Origin: a virus
Lineage: Duplodnaviria > Caudoviricetes
Length of the DNA: 64,000 nt
Reading direction: 5' to 3' (one strand)
IMG/VR virus record: IMGVR_UViG_3300035184_000978
Span: 1,269 to 65,268 of that record
Part shown: positions 1-10,000 of the stretch, in pieces
How the letters are laid out: each line of letters starts with the position of its first letter
Position numbering within the stretch: position 1 is the stretch's first letter
Program-made: the position numbers and the translations under genes
The notes under the pieces: generated by a model
What the model was told of the DNA's origin: nothing
The model's database searches: none
Seen by the model: only the letters and a program-made list of their open reading frames with translations

Positions 1-1329
1 TATGGTGTAATTTCTAGAACAGGATTTGATTCTGATAATGGAGCAAATAACAAATTCTTACTAGCAGAAGATCAAAACCAATGGATTTGGAATACCGATA
101 CTGACTGGGGTATTGTTTGGGCCACTGATACAACGTCAGCTTATCGTCGAACATCGTTTGGCGACGATACTATATCATTTGTTGGTGATAGTAACGTAAG
201 AGCAAGTATCGATCTTGGTAATGGCGACGCTTACTTTCAAGGTGATGTAACTGCAGGTACTTCAATGACTGCGCCAGTATATTATGACGCTGATGACACT
301 GCGTTCTTTGGTGACTTTGCTGGTATATCGAATATGAACATAGTGAAAGCCAACTCCTTTGAAGTTGCATCTGGTCGTACAATCTCTAATTCAACTGGTT
401 ATGGCACAATTAAAGTTGAAGGCAATTTCTGGGCAGGGTATGCAATCAGAGAAGATTGGGTATTGATGTCAAGTGGTATTGACAAAATTGGATTATATAA
501 TGATGTTGATAATTACTGGGTATTAGCTGCGTTTCGAAACGCACGTACTGAGTTATACTGGAATGGTTCTGCTCAGATTTCGACACAAGATAATTATGTG
601 AAAGTTGATAATGCAATTCGGTCACCAATATACCAAGATATTGTTGACAGCCAATGGTATATTCAACCAGGTTCAGGTGCTACTTCAGTGTCATTTAGAA
701 CTAACGGTACAATTCAGAGAATTTTCTACGCTAATGACGGAGCAAATAACGTATTACTAGAATCATCAGATCGAAACCAATGGATTTGGAACACCGGCGC
801 TACCACTGGTATTGTTTGGGCTACTGATACAACTGCGCTTTATCGACATGCTCCGTTTGGTGACAACATGTTATCGTTTGTTGGTACTGGTAATGTAAGA
901 GCAAGTATCGACCTCGACAATGGTGATGCTTACTTCGAAGGTGATATAAGTGCCGACAACATTTTTGCTGCCGGTACTGTTTCATCAGCATCTGATAGAC
1001 GAATAAAAGAAAATATAGAAACTATAGATAATGCATTAAGCAAAGTATTAAGACTTCGTGGTGTTAACTATAATAAAATACAAACCGAAAAAGAATCAGG
1101 ACCAATCAAAACCGAAATGGGTCTTATTGCCCAAGAAGTGCAAGAAATAGTTCCTGAGGCTGTAACTTATGACGAATATAGTGATAGATACGGTGTTAAT
1201 TATTCGAATATGGTAGCGTTATTAATAGAAAGTGTCAAAGACCAAAACAAAATTATAAATAGTCAACAGAAACAAATTGACGAATTAAAAATAATGTGTG
1301 AAAACATGATAGCTAAAAACAAAAAATGA
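1..1329 (+). CDS. Tail fibre C-terminal part with intramolecular chaperone (peptidase S74-like) domain; 5'-truncated by window
   Basis: Frame is open from base 1 (YGVISRTG...). C-terminal SDRRIKENI...GLIAQEV...VNY..MVALLIE plus coiled coil is the chaperone signature. Internal repeat at about 1-250 vs 703-950. Confidence 0.85.
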   Translation, partial: YGVISRTGFDSDNGANNKFLLAEDQNQWIWNTDTDWGIVWATDTTSAYRRTSFGDDTISFVGDSNVRASIDLGNGDAYFQGDVTAGTSMTAPVYYDADDTAFFGDFAGISNMNIVKANSFEVASGRTISNSTGYGTIKVEGNFWAGYAIREDWVLMSSGIDKIGLYNDVDNYWVLAAFRNARTELYWNGSAQISTQDNYVKVDNAIRSPIYQDIVDSQWYIQPGSGATSVSFRTNGTIQRIFYANDGANNVLLESSDRNQWIWNTGATTGIVWATDTTALYRHAPFGDNMLSFVGTGNVRASIDLDNGDAYFEGDISADNIFAAGTVSSASDRRIKENIETIDNALSKVLRLRGVNYNKIQTEKESGPIKTEMGLIAQEVQEIVPEAVTYDEYSDRYGVNYSNMVALLIESVKDQNKIINSQQKQIDELKIMCENMIAKNKK

Positions 1330-1339
1330 GGAATTAAAA

Positions 1340-1714
1340 ATGTCTTTTACGTATAAGTGGGAAGTAACAGGTCTTAAAGTTAAAGATCAATTAAATGCTG
1401 ACAGTGTTATTTTGGCAAATTCAGTATGCCAAACATATTGGAAAGTAACTGGAACTGATGTTGATGGCAATGAGGGGAGTTTTTCAGGAGCAACTCAATT
1501 CAATTCTGATAACTGCTCGATTGAAGATTTTGTTGCCTTTGAATCGTTATCGGAAGTTCAAGTATTATCTTGGATTCAGAATATTGTAGATAATGACGCA
1601 TCTTATAAAACGCATATCGACAGTCAAATACAAAAACGAATTGATGCCGTTGCCATCACAGAAGCAATAATGCCGTGGGCACCTGTCGAGAATAGTGATA
1701 TAATATCGGAGTAA
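1340..1714 (+). CDS. Tail fibre-associated/assembly protein
   Basis: RBS GAGGA; follows the fibre gene; motif F..L.E.QVL.WI...PW common after phage fibres. Confidence 0.55.
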   Translation: MSFTYKWEVTGLKVKDQLNADSVILANSVCQTYWKVTGTDVDGNEGSFSGATQFNSDNCSIEDFVAFESLSEVQVLSWIQNIVDNDASYKTHIDSQIQKRIDAVAITEAIMPWAPVENSDIISE

Positions 1715-1741
1715 CTTATTATACAATTTAGCTGGCAGATA

Positions 1742-2053
1742 ATGGGATTTGAAACATCAAACGAAATTAATTTCGAAGGAGTTGAACTTATTGACTCAGT
1801 TTTAAAAATCAGATGGAGACGAATAGGATCAAGTTTAGCTGGTACTACTTCTGTTATAACTGGTAAAAGCATTCTATCTGCTTATAACGTTGAAGCAGCC
1901 AGTTATATAACTTTTAAAAATATTACTGAAGAAGTTGGTATTAATTGGATTATATGTTCGTTGCAGCAAGAAAGATTAACTGAAATTGATCAAGAAATAT
2001 CAGGTAGATTATCTGAAAATGAGAATATCAAAAAAATCACTTTTGGTTTGTAG
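1742..2053 (+). CDS. Divergent paralog of the preceding fibre-associated protein
   Basis: YITFKNITEEVGINWI...IDQEISGRL resembles FVAFESLSEVQVLSWI...IDSQIQKRI. Confidence 0.45.
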   Translation: MGFETSNEINFEGVELIDSVLKIRWRRIGSSLAGTTSVITGKSILSAYNVEAASYITFKNITEEVGINWIICSLQQERLTEIDQEISGRLSENENIKKITFGL

Positions 2054-2121
2054 TACACAAAGAACATAAACCCGTATAAATAAACTTATATTTTGTAATT
2101 ATTTTGATTTGGGAGTATAGT

Positions 2122-3156
2122 ATGAATAATTTGAGTTTGCATGGGTTAGCGACTCATGTAGTTAATTGCGGTGGGATCGTAGCTCCAATACCAATCCCAC
2201 CGGAATTGACACAAGAAACGGGCGTAACGAATCCATCTATCTTCGTATATAAAGGTAGAATTCTAATGAATGTTCGACACGTCAATTACACGCTTTATCA
2301 CAGTGAAGGAAAGAAATTCGTTCATCAGTGGGGTCCTCTTCAATACGTCCATCCAGAAAATGATGTTACTCTTACTACACATAATATAATGTGCGAGTTA
2401 GACGAAGATATGAATGTTATTTCTTCTAGTAGAATTGACATGAAATTAGACACAGGTAAACCTACTTGGAGTTTTATCGGACTCGAAGATGGAAGATTAT
2501 TTGAATGGGAAGATCGTTTATTTTTATGCGGGGTTCGCCGTGATTGTTATGATGACAAAGGTACTGGTCGTATGGAGCTCTGCGAGATTGAAGAAATAAA
2601 TGGAGTTTGGACTGAAGTAGGAAGATTTCCAATCCCATCGCCCGGAAATAATGGTACTTATTGTGAAAAGAATTGGATGCCTATAGTTGATATGCCATGG
2701 CACTTTGTAAAATGGTGCAATCCTAGTGAAGTTGTTCGTTTTAATATCAAAACTGGAACTACAGAAACTGTCATACTAGACGAGAGTAAAAAATACTCGT
2801 TTAGTAGAGATCTTCGTGGTGGTACTCAAATTTATCCTATAAACGATAATCAACGAATAGGAATAACTCACGAAGTCAATCTAATGAAAGATGCATTTGG
2901 TAGAAAAGACGGCCATTACATGCATAGAGTTGTAGTATGGGATAAAGATTGGAGTATAATACACAGTACTAGTGAGTTTACATTTATGGGTTGCCAATAC
3001 GATTCAGCTAGAAAGATTAAATACGGAATTGAGTTTTGTACTGGTTTGGCATTTCATAACGGAAATGTTCTTATATCTTATGGGTTTCAAGATAATGCAG
3101 CTTTTGTTATGAAAGTATCACAAGAAGTATTCTTTGATTTTTTGAGTAAGGGATAA
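2122..3156 (+). CDS. Beta-propeller glycoside hydrolase/phosphorylase-like protein
   Basis: NPSI, GLEDGRL, EKNWMP, RGG, IEFCTGL...SYGFQD motifs. ATG 2122 follows GGGAG. Late promoter at 2075. Confidence 0.6.
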   Translation: MNNLSLHGLATHVVNCGGIVAPIPIPPELTQETGVTNPSIFVYKGRILMNVRHVNYTLYHSEGKKFVHQWGPLQYVHPENDVTLTTHNIMCELDEDMNVISSSRIDMKLDTGKPTWSFIGLEDGRLFEWEDRLFLCGVRRDCYDDKGTGRMELCEIEEINGVWTEVGRFPIPSPGNNGTYCEKNWMPIVDMPWHFVKWCNPSEVVRFNIKTGTTETVILDESKKYSFSRDLRGGTQIYPINDNQRIGITHEVNLMKDAFGRKDGHYMHRVVVWDKDWSIIHSTSEFTFMGCQYDSARKIKYGIEFCTGLAFHNGNVLISYGFQDNAAFVMKVSQEVFFDFLSKG

Positions 3157-3159
3157 ATT

Positions 3160-4362
3160 ATGTTGAGAGAACTAACAACTGAGCACGTTAAAGACCCTAA
3201 AAATACCAACAAAATGCTTAATTTAGCGAGAGAATATGATAAGATAGGCAATGGTGCTGCTGCAATTTCTTTTTACACAAGAGCAGCAGATATTGAAGAA
3301 ATTGATAAGCTACTTCAATACAAATGTATGATATACGCTGGACAATGTTTTGCAAGACAAAACAACCGCGACTACACGGTGTTTGGATTTTACCAAAATG
3401 CTGTTGCACTTACTCTAGATAGACCAGAAGGATATTTCCTATTATCATGTGAATTAGCTAAGAGAAATGAATGGAATAGTTGTTTAATATATGCCAGACT
3501 TGGATTAAAGCACGCTAAAGTTGAAACTATAGTAGATATTAACTACCCAGGCGAATACGCTTTAAGATACATGCAAGCACTCGCTATGTGGAAAATTGCG
3601 GGAAGCGATATCGCAAGACTTGAATTCTTTGATCTTAAATACAAAACAGTTCTTAATGACGAATATAAAGAAAAAGTTGATAGAATGTTATTAGAAACAA
3701 ATTACACTGCTTCTATTCCGTATAAGAAAGAAGATATTAATTCGTATAGATACAAGTTCAATTCATTAGAAAATATAGAAACAAATTATTCAAAATGTTT
3801 ACAAGATATGTTTGTATTATCTTGTCATAACGGTAAAAGAAATGGAACATATCTTGAAATAGGTTCTGGTCACCAAACTGTTAATAGTAACACATTTTTG
3901 TTAGAAAAAGAATTTGATTGGAGAGGTATTTCAATTGATAACAACAAAGAATTATCGTTTAATTTTGGCCAATCAAGGCATAATACAATTATGCAGATGG
4001 ATGCATTAGAAATTGATTATAGTGAATTATTACAGAAACACTGTTTTCCTGAGATTATAGATTATCTCCAAATTGGTGTTAATTCATGCAAATTATTGAA
4101 AAAAATACCATTTGACTCAGTTGATTTTGGTGTAATTACATTTAAACACGACTCTTATAAAAATAGTGAATCTAGAGAAGAATCTCGTAAAATATTAACA
4201 GAAGCCGGATATATGCTAGTTGGTCGTAATATATCAGTTAATTTTATAGATGGATACGAAGATTGGTACGTACATCCAGAAATTGTTGAGAATTATGTAC
4301 AGCTATTAACAGACGAAAAAATAAATTTTGTGTGGCAATATTTAATGAATATAAATAACTAA
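3160..4362 (+). CDS. TPR domain plus FkbM-like SAM methyltransferase
   Basis: N-terminal helical repeats (RPEGYFLL); C-terminal QDMFV..YLEIGS..SNT.LLE..W.GISID..IDYL..EDWYVHP. Confidence 0.6.
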   Translation: MLRELTTEHVKDPKNTNKMLNLAREYDKIGNGAAAISFYTRAADIEEIDKLLQYKCMIYAGQCFARQNNRDYTVFGFYQNAVALTLDRPEGYFLLSCELAKRNEWNSCLIYARLGLKHAKVETIVDINYPGEYALRYMQALAMWKIAGSDIARLEFFDLKYKTVLNDEYKEKVDRMLLETNYTASIPYKKEDINSYRYKFNSLENIETNYSKCLQDMFVLSCHNGKRNGTYLEIGSGHQTVNSNTFLLEKEFDWRGISIDNNKELSFNFGQSRHNTIMQMDALEIDYSELLQKHCFPEIIDYLQIGVNSCKLLKKIPFDSVDFGVITFKHDSYKNSESREESRKILTEAGYMLVGRNISVNFIDGYEDWYVHPEIVENYVQLLTDEKINFVWQYLMNINN

Positions 4363-4385
4363 ATAAAGTTTAATAAGGAACAAGT

Positions 4386-4778
4386 ATGTCTATTAAAATA
4401 GGTAGTAATACAGTAATTAATGATTCGCGAGAGTTAGAAAACATCAATGACTCGACAGGTTTGTATGGTAATTTTCAACCATTAGTAACAACTGCTAGCG
4501 TCTCAGAGTCTTATAATATTTCCATGATAGTGCCAGTATACAATCTCACAATGATATCTAGTATTGCATTTACTGTTAACAACATTGTAGCAGGCCAAGC
4601 AAATACAATATTACTAGACAGAAGTTCATCATCACTAACACCAACTTTTCCTTCATCGGTTGAATGGTCTAATAATACATTGCCGAATTGGACTCAGTTT
4701 CGGTATTGGCTTATAACATTCGTGTGTTATAGTAATACAAAGATTATGGCTAATGCAGCCGGATACGATTTTGTTTAA
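4386..4778 (+). CDS. Putative virion structural protein, tandem paralog 1
   Basis: Late promoter at 4350; N-terminus MSIKIGSNTVINDSRELENI shared with next gene. Confidence 0.6.
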   Translation: MSIKIGSNTVINDSRELENINDSTGLYGNFQPLVTTASVSESYNISMIVPVYNLTMISSIAFTVNNIVAGQANTILLDRSSSSLTPTFPSSVEWSNNTLPNWTQFRYWLITFVCYSNTKIMANAAGYDFV

Positions 4779-4787
4779 GGAATAATT

Positions 4788-5180
4788 ATGTCTATTTTAA
4801 TAGGTAGTAATACAGTAATTAATGATTCACGAGAGTTAGAAAACATCAGTGACACAACAGGTTCATATAGCAATTTTCAACCAAAAATAACACAAATTCT
4901 TGCAAGCCAGTTTAACGCACCTTCACCAATAATGACACTTACTATGGTTGCAAACAGAACATATGAGGTAGTTAACGCAGCCACTGGTATGAGCTCACTT
5001 ATATTACTTGACAGAACAACAAGTAATTATACACCATTTTTTAGTAGTACTGGTTCTAATGGTGTACACTGGGGAAATAATGTAGAACCAACATGGTCTG
5101 ATCATAGATATTGGTTAATTTCCATATTTTGTTGGTCTTCTACCAGATTTGCTGCAAATGCATCTGGTCACACAATTTAA
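4788..5180 (+). CDS. Putative virion structural protein, tandem paralog 2
   Basis: Near-identical 5' end and shared LLDR...P.F...W.NN..P.W...RYWLI. Confidence 0.6.
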   Translation: MSILIGSNTVINDSRELENISDTTGSYSNFQPKITQILASQFNAPSPIMTLTMVANRTYEVVNAATGMSSLILLDRTTSNYTPFFSSTGSNGVHWGNNVEPTWSDHRYWLISIFCWSSTRFAANASGHTI

Positions 5181-5191
5181 GGAATAAAATA

Positions 5192-5638
5192 ATGTCGCTT
5201 ATTCACACATATCAACTCGGTGCAATGATGAACAACATAATACTTGAACAGATTACACTATATTCAGGTTATAGTTTTTTTGGTAGTACCGCAGGTGATA
5301 CATCAGAGTACGGTTTAACTTTTAATTTTGTTGGTAGATTAATAGAGAGTGATAGAACTGGCACATCTACTATTGGTAATTGGGTTAATACTGCGCCATC
5401 GCCAACTGGTACTTATTGGATTAGAGCGTCAGGCTTTACAGCAGGTTCTGAATATACATCATCTAGTATTGTAGCTGGTACTTGGAATGAATTAAACGCG
5501 TCCAGAAGCGTGTTATTTGAAGTTGGGCCTTACGAGTTTTTTACAGAATCAGTAACAATAGACATTGCTTCTGATTCGAGTGGTTCTACTATATTAGATA
5601 CAACAACTCTTACCATCAACCTTGAAGATGGTTCATAA
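5192..5638 (+). CDS. Hypothetical Ser/Thr/Gly-rich virion protein
   Basis: ATG 5192 after AAGGA RBS, preferred over the track's TTG at 5111. Confidence 0.55.
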   Translation: MSLIHTYQLGAMMNNIILEQITLYSGYSFFGSTAGDTSEYGLTFNFVGRLIESDRTGTSTIGNWVNTAPSPTGTYWIRASGFTAGSEYTSSSIVAGTWNELNASRSVLFEVGPYEFFTESVTIDIASDSSGSTILDTTTLTINLEDGS

Positions 5639-5691
5639 ATAGTATTGTACCTTTTATAAATAGAATATAAGAATATATAAGGCTGGGATTT

Positions 5692-6435
5692 ATGGCACAA
5701 CCAACTACAAGAGCAGAATTTAAAGAATACATACTTCGAAAAATGGGTGCTCCTGTCATTGAAATTAATGTTGCAGAAGAGCAAGTTGAAGACCGTGTAG
5801 ATGAAGCAATGTCATTCTGGAATGACTATCATTATAACGGTAGTCAACTTGTTTATATTAAACATAAATTAACTGCTGAAGATGTTACAAATAAATACAT
5901 AACGCTACCCGATAAAATATTAGGTATTTCTAAAGTTTTTGATATTGGTTCATCAATTTCATCTGGTACAGGAATGTTTAATGTTCAGTATCAATTTGTT
6001 CTAAACAACGTTACTGATATAAACGGTTACGGCATGCAAAATTATTACATGACAATGCAACATTTAGAAATGATGCAAGAGTTACTTGTAGGTAAACCAC
6101 TTATACGATATAATAAACACGTTAATAGACTTTATATTGATGTGAATAAAGCATCGCTGATAGAAGGTCAGTTTGTCGTTATTGAAGCATACGATTTAAT
6201 TGATCCCGATACTTATTCTGACGTCTGGTCTGATCGTTGGTTGCAGAATTACGCAACTGTACTTGTTCGCGAACAGTGGGGTTTAAATCTCACAAAATTT
6301 GTAGGAATGCAATTAGTTGGAGGAGTATCTTTTAATGGAGAAAGCATATTAGCAGAAGCAAGAGCTGATAGAGAAAGAATTGAAGATGATGCTATATCTA
6401 ATTTACAACCACTCACTTACAACTTTATCGGATAA
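5692..6435 (+). CDS. gp13: Neck protein gp13
   Basis: LRKMGAPVIEINV...QWG.NL.KF.GMQL.GGV..NG motifs; T4 synteny. Confidence 0.92.
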   Translation: MAQPTTRAEFKEYILRKMGAPVIEINVAEEQVEDRVDEAMSFWNDYHYNGSQLVYIKHKLTAEDVTNKYITLPDKILGISKVFDIGSSISSGTGMFNVQYQFVLNNVTDINGYGMQNYYMTMQHLEMMQELLVGKPLIRYNKHVNRLYIDVNKASLIEGQFVVIEAYDLIDPDTYSDVWSDRWLQNYATVLVREQWGLNLTKFVGMQLVGGVSFNGESILAEARADRERIEDDAISNLQPLTYNFIG

Positions 6436-6438
6436 TTC

Positions 6439-7116
6439 ATGGCTACTAGCTCATATTTTAACAACTATGGTAATCTCAACGAACAGAAATTAATCGATGA
6501 TCTCGTAATAGAGTCGATTAAAATATATGGTGTTGACATAATTTATATCACTCGCTCTTTACAGAGTGTCGATACCATCATGAATGAAGATGATATTTCC
6601 ATATTTGATGAGACATTTGAATATGAAGTTTATGTTAAAAACGTTGATGGATTTGAAGGTCAGGGTGATTTCTTATCTAAGTTTGGTTTGCAAATCCAAG
6701 ACGAAGTTACTTTTACTGTTGCATACAGAACATTTGAAAAATTTGTTACAGGAGAAAATGCAACAAAAACTAGACCACTAGAAGGTGATTTAATATACTT
6801 CCCGTTAACTTCAAAAATGTATAGGTTAAATTTTGTTGAACATGAAAGTGTTTTCTATCAAGCAGGAACACTACAAGTATATGATATGAAATGCGAGCTC
6901 ATGGAATACTCTGGTGAGAGGATGGCAACAGGCAACATAATTGTTGATGAACACTTTAGAGATATCGATACTTCAAATACAAATTCACTAGAAAGCCTCT
7001 CAGATGTTGACTTGATGTCTGATAACTTAAACTTTGAAACTGAAGGCGACTCAATTATCGATTTTAGCGAGATAGATCCGTTTAGTGAATCACTCGATAT
7101 AACAGATTTAGAATAG
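6439..7116 (+). CDS. gp14: Neck protein gp14
   Basis: EQ.LIDDLV.ESIKIYG, FLSKFGL, RP.EGDLIYFP, FVEHE..FYQ. Confidence 0.92.
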   Translation: MATSSYFNNYGNLNEQKLIDDLVIESIKIYGVDIIYITRSLQSVDTIMNEDDISIFDETFEYEVYVKNVDGFEGQGDFLSKFGLQIQDEVTFTVAYRTFEKFVTGENATKTRPLEGDLIYFPLTSKMYRLNFVEHESVFYQAGTLQVYDMKCELMEYSGERMATGNIIVDEHFRDIDTSNTNSLESLSDVDLMSDNLNFETEGDSIIDFSEIDPFSESLDITDLE

Positions 7117-7124
7117 GATAACTA

Positions 7125-7916
7125 ATGGCAATTGCAAACTATTTTTATAATGAAACAACTAGAAAATATGTTGCTCTCTTTGGTACTTATTTTAATCAGT
7201 TGAGAATAAAAAGAACTGATAACAATGGCACTGAAATACAAAATATGATTGTACCAATATCTTACGCTCCATTTCAAAAGATATTAAGTAGATTAACACA
7301 AGATCCGAATTTAGATCAAAAGTCATCAATTACGCTTCCAAGAATATCTTTTGAAATGACTTCAATGTCTTATGATGGTACTCGCAAAATATCACCAATA
7401 AAGAAAATTAGAAAGAATTCTATTCGCGATAATTTTATATACGCTGGTACTCCGTACAATTTAGAATTTTCGTTGTACATAATGACTAAATATAACGATG
7501 ACGCTATGAAATTAGTAGAGCAGATATTACCGTTCTTTAATCCAGAATTCACTAGCACAGTTAGACTGCTTGATGATATCGATCCAATTGATGTTCCGTT
7601 GATACTAAACGATGTGTCAAGCGAAGACATCTACGAAGGTGAGTATACAACTCGAAGAAGCATAATGTGGACTTTAAACTTTACAATGAAAGCTTGGTAC
7701 TATGGACCGGCAAAACAAGGTAAACTTATTAAATTTGTTGATAGTAGAATTTCAACTTCAGACGCAGCTAACTCTCAAGTTGAATCAACAATAACTGTTC
7801 AACCCGGATTAACATCAGGTGGTGATCCAACAACAGACATTACAGAAACTGTCGATTATAGTTTAATTGATTTTGCTGATGATTGGGATTATATAGTAGA
7901 TATTAATAGTCCGTAG
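7125..7916 (+). CDS. gp15: Tail sheath stabiliser/terminator gp15
   Basis: YFYNET.RKY...FGT.FN, VPISYAP, LPRISFEM, EQILPFF.P. Confidence 0.92.
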   Translation: MAIANYFYNETTRKYVALFGTYFNQLRIKRTDNNGTEIQNMIVPISYAPFQKILSRLTQDPNLDQKSSITLPRISFEMTSMSYDGTRKISPIKKIRKNSIRDNFIYAGTPYNLEFSLYIMTKYNDDAMKLVEQILPFFNPEFTSTVRLLDDIDPIDVPLILNDVSSEDIYEGEYTTRRSIMWTLNFTMKAWYYGPAKQGKLIKFVDSRISTSDAANSQVESTITVQPGLTSGGDPTTDITETVDYSLIDFADDWDYIVDINSP

Positions 7917-7924
7917 GAGATAGT

Positions 7925-8377
7925 ATGAAAAAAGATGATATTATTGCATCGACACTTGGTTTAAGACCGTTAGCTGATTCTGTTGATAAAGAACTTCCGG
8001 TTATTATAGATCAAGAAACAGAAAAAACAAAAGAATTAGCAGTTATTGATCACTCAAATAACGAAATCGTTCAAGATATCGAACAAGCTAGAACAAATAT
8101 AAAGAATATTATTACACAAGGTGACTCTGCTCTAATTGAAATGATGGAATTAGCAAAGCAATCAGAATCGCCAAGAGCATTCGAAGTTGCATCTACGTTG
8201 ATGAAAACATTATTAGATGCTAACAAAGATTTTGTTGATATGGCTAATAAAAAGAAATATGCCATAGAAGAAACGATAGATAAAGGTGGCTCTCCAGGAG
8301 CTAACGTTACAAATAACAACTTAATAGTTTCTACTGCAGATTTATTGAAAATGATGAAAGGCGAAGGTAATGATTAA
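7925..8377 (+). CDS. gp16: Terminase small subunit gp16
   Basis: ELAKQSESPRAFEV and NNN..STADL motifs; overlaps gp17 start. Confidence 0.9.
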   Translation: MKKDDIIASTLGLRPLADSVDKELPVIIDQETEKTKELAVIDHSNNEIVQDIEQARTNIKNIITQGDSALIEMMELAKQSESPRAFEVASTLMKTLLDANKDFVDMANKKKYAIEETIDKGGSPGANVTNNNLIVSTADLLKMMKGEGND

Positions 8378-9257
8378 TGGATATTTAGGTAATACAAACC
8401 TAAAGAAAATAAATGAGGACATATCATTTACTCCAGAACAATTAAAAGAATATATGGCGTGCATGAAAGATCCGATATATTTTTCTAAAAATTATATTAA
8501 AATAGTTCACGTTGATCGTGGCTTAATTCCTTTCGATATGTATGATTACCAAGAAGATATATGTAATAAAATATTCAAGTATCGAAGAGTTGCTGTACTT
8601 ACTGCAAGACAGGCTGGTAAAACCACTACTGCAGTTGCAATCATATTACACTATATTTTATTTAATGAATTCAAAACTGTAGCTATTCTTGCTAACAAAG
8701 GAGACGCTGCTCGTGAAGTATTAGGTAGAGTTCAACTAGCATATGAAGCACTACCAAAATGGATGCAGCAAGGCATCGAAGAATGGAATAAAGGTAGTAT
8801 CGCATTAGAGAACGGTTGTAAAATATATGCAGGTACAACATCTTCATCTGCTATTCGCGGTAAGTCAATCTCATTCTTGTACTTAGACGAAGTCGCGTTT
8901 ATCGAAGGCTATGATGAATTCTTCGCTTCAGTTTATCCTACTATATCATCTGGTGAAACTACTAAATTATTAATGACATCAACACCAAACGGTATGAATC
9001 ATTTTTATAAAACATGCGTTGGTGCTAAAGAAGGTACAAACGGATACGAATACAATGAAGTGACTTGGGATATGGTTCCTGGGAGAGGACTTACGTGGAA
9101 AAATGAAACTTTGGAAGCTCTCGATTTTGATGAAGAAAAGTTTGAGCAGGAATACAATTGTGTAAAAGGAAACACTATAGTCACCGTAAGAGATAAAGAT
9201 ACTGGTGAAATAAAACAAATTGCAATAGAAAGTTTATACAACGAAATTCAAGTATGA
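8370..9257 (+). CDS. gp17: Terminase large subunit N-fragment (ATPase) fused to a 32-aa split-intein N part
   Basis: YLGN.NLK, RQAGKTT Walker A, LYLDEVAF Walker B, STPNG. Ends EQEYN|CVKGNTIVTVRD (intein block A, Cys at 9159). Confidence 0.92.
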   Translation: MINGYLGNTNLKKINEDISFTPEQLKEYMACMKDPIYFSKNYIKIVHVDRGLIPFDMYDYQEDICNKIFKYRRVAVLTARQAGKTTTAVAIILHYILFNEFKTVAILANKGDAAREVLGRVQLAYEALPKWMQQGIEEWNKGSIALENGCKIYAGTTSSSAIRGKSISFLYLDEVAFIEGYDEFFASVYPTISSGETTKLLMTSTPNGMNHFYKTCVGAKEGTNGYEYNEVTWDMVPGRGLTWKNETLEALDFDEEKFEQEYNCVKGNTIVTVRDKDTGEIKQIAIESLYNEIQV

Positions 9258-9298
9258 GTGCGAATTCTTTGGTTTATAAATAAACTAAGGAGATTAAC

Positions 9299-10000
9299 AT
9301 GAATAAAAATGTTGTATACATGATAACTAGAACAGATGGTCAGCAATATATTGGTATTACTTGTGAATATAGAAAAAGAATGTCCACTCATAAAAAATCT
9401 AAAAGATTTGAAATTGGTATAGAAAAAATTGAAATACTAAAAGATTGCGATACTTATTCAGAAGCAGAAGATTTAGAAGAAATATTTATAGCTGAGCATG
9501 ATACGTTTTATAACGGTCTTAATGAAAGTATAAATGGAAAAGGTAATCATTTAGCTCCTAACTTTAACACAAAGGGATTTAAATACTCTGAAGAATCAAA
9601 GCAAAAAATGAGAGATAATCATTGGTCAAAAAAAATGAAAAATACATGGTCGAAACCTGAAAATTTTTCTGAAGAAACAAAAAAGAAATGGTCTGAAATG
9701 CGCAAAGGTAAGAGTTGGGGCGGTAGGAAAATACCATTTAGTGAAGCTAAGGATATTATAGATAATTTTGAAAATGATACTTTGATATTTGAAGACGAGT
9801 TTGTCGTTCAGTTTGTTAAAAAATTAGATAAATACAAAGTTGGTAAAGTTAAGATTGAAGAATTAAAAGCATCTAACGGTAAATATATTAGTAAAAAGAA
9901 ATTATATTCTGAATTTTACTCGAAAAAATATAATGTTACAGCGGATGCAATTAGAAGAATTATAGAAAATGGAGTGTCAGAACGTGCAGTTACAGAGTAA
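9299..10000 (+). mobile_element. Free-standing GIY-YIG homing endonuclease with NUMOD3-like repeats, inserted in gp17
   Basis: VYMI...YIGIT...R...H...E...GLN, then SEESKQKM and SEETKKKWS. Own late promoter at 9275 and RBS AAGGAG. Confidence 0.85.

Noticed and set aside
1-950. Internal repeat in the tail fibre as a DGR template/variable pair
   Set aside because: Both copies are in-frame coding, differences are not adenine-specific, and no reverse transcriptase is in the window.
9258-9983. Group I intron in gp17
   Set aside because: No room for an intron core around the endonuclease ORF; intein motifs fully explain the split.
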